Shown here piece by piece: positions 61,419-64,000 of a stretch of DNA of 64,000 nucleotides. Under the pieces are notes generated by a model that did no database searches, was not told where the DNA came from, and worked only from the letters and a program-made list of their open reading frames with translations. Every line of letters starts with the position of its first letter. The stretch's first letter is position 1. The DNA is from Nemertoderma westbladi (Eukaryota > Animalia > Xenacoelomorpha). A program made the translations under genes and the position numbers. Location: positions 1-64,000 of the forward strand of contig JAUCBJ010005191.1 of NCBI GenBank assembly GCA_032718475.1, in the 5' to 3' direction.

Positions 61419-63253
61419 AGCGTAACGGTCGTGACATTCCGCATGGGTTTCCGGTATTAATGAGTATTCTAAGGGCACATGGAAGAATGATATTGAAAAG
61501 ATATTACTATGATATGATCCTAAGATATGGACCTTTAATAAAATCGAAACCGCACTGGAATACATTACGTTTTATTGATTGTATTCCAGTTTAAAGTTGG
61601 CGTAACGGTCGTGACTGAAATGGACAAGCTTTTTAGAGACTCCTACACATTACAAATTTCTATCGAATTTACTGTACTTATTTAGCGTTACTTATGTCAG
61701 ACTAACATGTTAATAGATAGAGTTTAAAATGAAATTAACAGTATGGCAATATAATATCATTAGAGAATGTGGCAATCAATTAACCAGCGTAACGGTCGTG
61801 ACATAGTTTCGTAACGGTTGTGACATTATCGATTTTCACATAAATCTGAATTTCAAAAAATGGTAAGGTATTAGAGTTAGGTATTGCTATCGATTTCAGG
61901 CAGGTTTTCTTGTACGCTGATTTTAATGGAAGGCTTTTTACATTCCGCAATTGAACACATCTACCATTTTTGGTGCTAAAATGAAAAGTGCAAGTAACCA
62001 GCATTTTTCAAATTAATGAAAACAACTAGACTTGTAGGAATGGTGTTTATTTCAATTACATACAGGTTTACTGGTGCGCCGATTTCAATGGAAGGCTTTT
62101 GAAATTCCGCAGTTGAACACATCTGCGATTTTTGGTGAGAAAATGAAAAGTGCAAGTAACCAGCATTTTTCAAATTAGTGAAAACAACTAGAATTGTAGG
62201 AATGGTGTTTATTTCAATTACATCTGTACATACAGGTTTTCTGGTGCGCTGATTTCAATGGAAGGCTTTTTACATTCCGCAGTTGAACACACCTACCATT
62301 TTTGGTGCTAAAATGAAAAGTGCAAGTAACCAGCATTTTTCAAATTAGTGAAAACAACTAGGAATTGTAGGAATGGTGTTTATTTCAATTACATAAAGGG
62401 TTTCTGGTACGCCGATTTCAATGGAAGGCTTGGTACGCCGATTTCAATGGAAGGCTTTTTAAATTCCGCAGTTGAACACATCTACTGACCTACCATTTTT
62501 GGTGCTAAAATGAAAAGTGCAAGTAACCAGCATTTTTCAAATTAGTGAAAACAACTAGAATTGTACGAATGGTGTTTCTTTCTCTATTACATACAGTTTT
62601 CCTGCTGTTCTGGTACGCCGATTTCAATGGAAGGCTTTTTAAATTCCGCAGTTGACTGGTTGAACATACCTTCCATTTTTGGTGCTGAAATGAAAAGTGC
62701 AAGTAAACTCTTCGTTCGCAAGTAAAATGTTCTATGTAGTATTGTAAGCTGATATTTTGGTTATTATGTGTACTACCTGATTACAGTATAATTATAATTA
62801 CATCCCACTGCAGCAGTGGTATCATAAATGATACAAATTAATTTATACTGTATAATAATGATTCCTAAGGTTTGTCATTTGTGTCACAACCGTTACGGTC
62901 ATAAGTGCTGTTATGGCACATTATAGGTTAAGAAGAAACCTTTGTACACCCAATATTACAATTATCACTTTGTGTGGAATCATATTCCAAAATGTAATCT
63001 TAAATGGAGAGTAAAAAAGACGACCTTTCGCTCCTTGAATTATACATGCTATGCTAATATTCCCATTTCCCACATGTTAATGTCACGACCGTTACGCTGA
63101 TTACTACAACTGGAACATATAGTCAAGTTAAACTATATGACTCAAACAATTGATACGAACCACCTAACGATAGATATAAAAGATTATAACCATTACTGCC
63201 GGGGATCTGGAGATATTGGAAAAACTTGTTCTTCAGCGTAACGGTCGTGACAT
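61419..63253. mobile_element. Probable relic of a DNA transposon with dispersed subterminal motifs
   Basis: The motif gcgtaacggtcgtgaca occurs at about 61420, 61600, 61788, 61810 and 63236, and inverted (tgtcac(a/g)accgttacg) at about 62882 and 63081. Ends are not resolved. Confidence 0.5.
61901..62706. repeat. About 162-bp diverged tandem repeat, about 5 copies, inside the element above
   Basis: Recurring gatttcaatggaaggcttttt...ttccgcagttgaacac...aaaatgaaaagtgcaagtaaccagcatttttcaaatt. Confidence 0.92.
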
Positions 63254-64000
63254 ATTTTCCATCCACTCATTACAATGCTATTAGAAAAATATTTATTAGT
63301 TGTACATTATTTAACCGACATGGCTAATTACTATATACATATAAGATTCTGAAAAACATATGGCATTGCCAGTTTGGTAATGATCATGCCATTTTGGTTT
63401 GTATGTAATTAATGCCAAAAATATTGAATTTTTGGCATTTTTTAAATCACATTTTGCGGACGCCTTAAAAAAAATTGGCTAGGGTTATGGAACATTTGAA
63501 AACAGTTTTATGAAGCACAATATGTGTGCTACACACTCAATACAAAAGAAATTCATTTCTAAGTACTTTCATTTTTCACCAAAAGGTTTACTTTTGCTTG
63601 GAATGGCTGTATAGGTACCAGTAAAATTGGGAATTAGAACAATCTGACAATGCGACATACAACGGCTATTGTACTGTAGGTTTATTATGAGGGGCTGGGT
63701 TATGCCATATTGCAGTATTGGGAGTGTGGTGGTGGTAAACCTCAAATCATAAACACCAACCACTACGGTACCGGTACAGTATGTAGGTCTACTATCAGGG
63801 GGCAGTACTATAATGGGTACGGCAGTACGGTACGTTACTGGCACCATTCATTATACTATACGGTAGGCCTACACAAAAATGTTGATGTAAGATTGTAAAT
63901 TACCAGTACCGGTAGTAGGAGTAGCGTAGCAGGGCAATGCACAGGTGCTCCCGCTACCGAATTATGCTGTCTACCTAATGATGAGATTTTAATGTTATAA

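Overview
This is eukaryotic (metazoan, probably invertebrate) genomic DNA, not prokaryotic. About 60% of the window is tandem satellite arrays with units of 15-162 bp. Between the arrays I can reconstruct the 3' seven coding exons of an ARFGEF3/BIG3 gene (+, 10795-28550), which the ORF track shows only in fragments, and a two-exon caveolin (+). There are four intronless genes: GHITM (+), a pyruvate-kinase-like gene with a degenerate active site nested antisense in an ARFGEF3 intron, stomatin (-) and an RNF212/ZHP-3-like RING protein (-). The window also holds two truncated RTE-type LINE copies, several non-autonomous DNA transposons (MITEs) and a frameshifted zinc-finger/acidic ORF at the left edge. 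The most unusual observations are: (1) a tRNA-like Pol III unit (A box, B box, TTTT) with a hammerhead-ribozyme core where the anticodon arm would be (48474-48561); (2) an ARFGEF3 intron made of about 350 tandem copies of its own exon/intron junction (TAGAGTTAG|GTAAGGG), with a second smaller donor-site amplification nearby; (3) a probable pyruvate kinase pseudo-enzyme retrogene; (4) a Foldback/MULE-like element whose terminal repeat has expanded into a satellite. All gene identities come from recognising motifs by eye; no database search was run.
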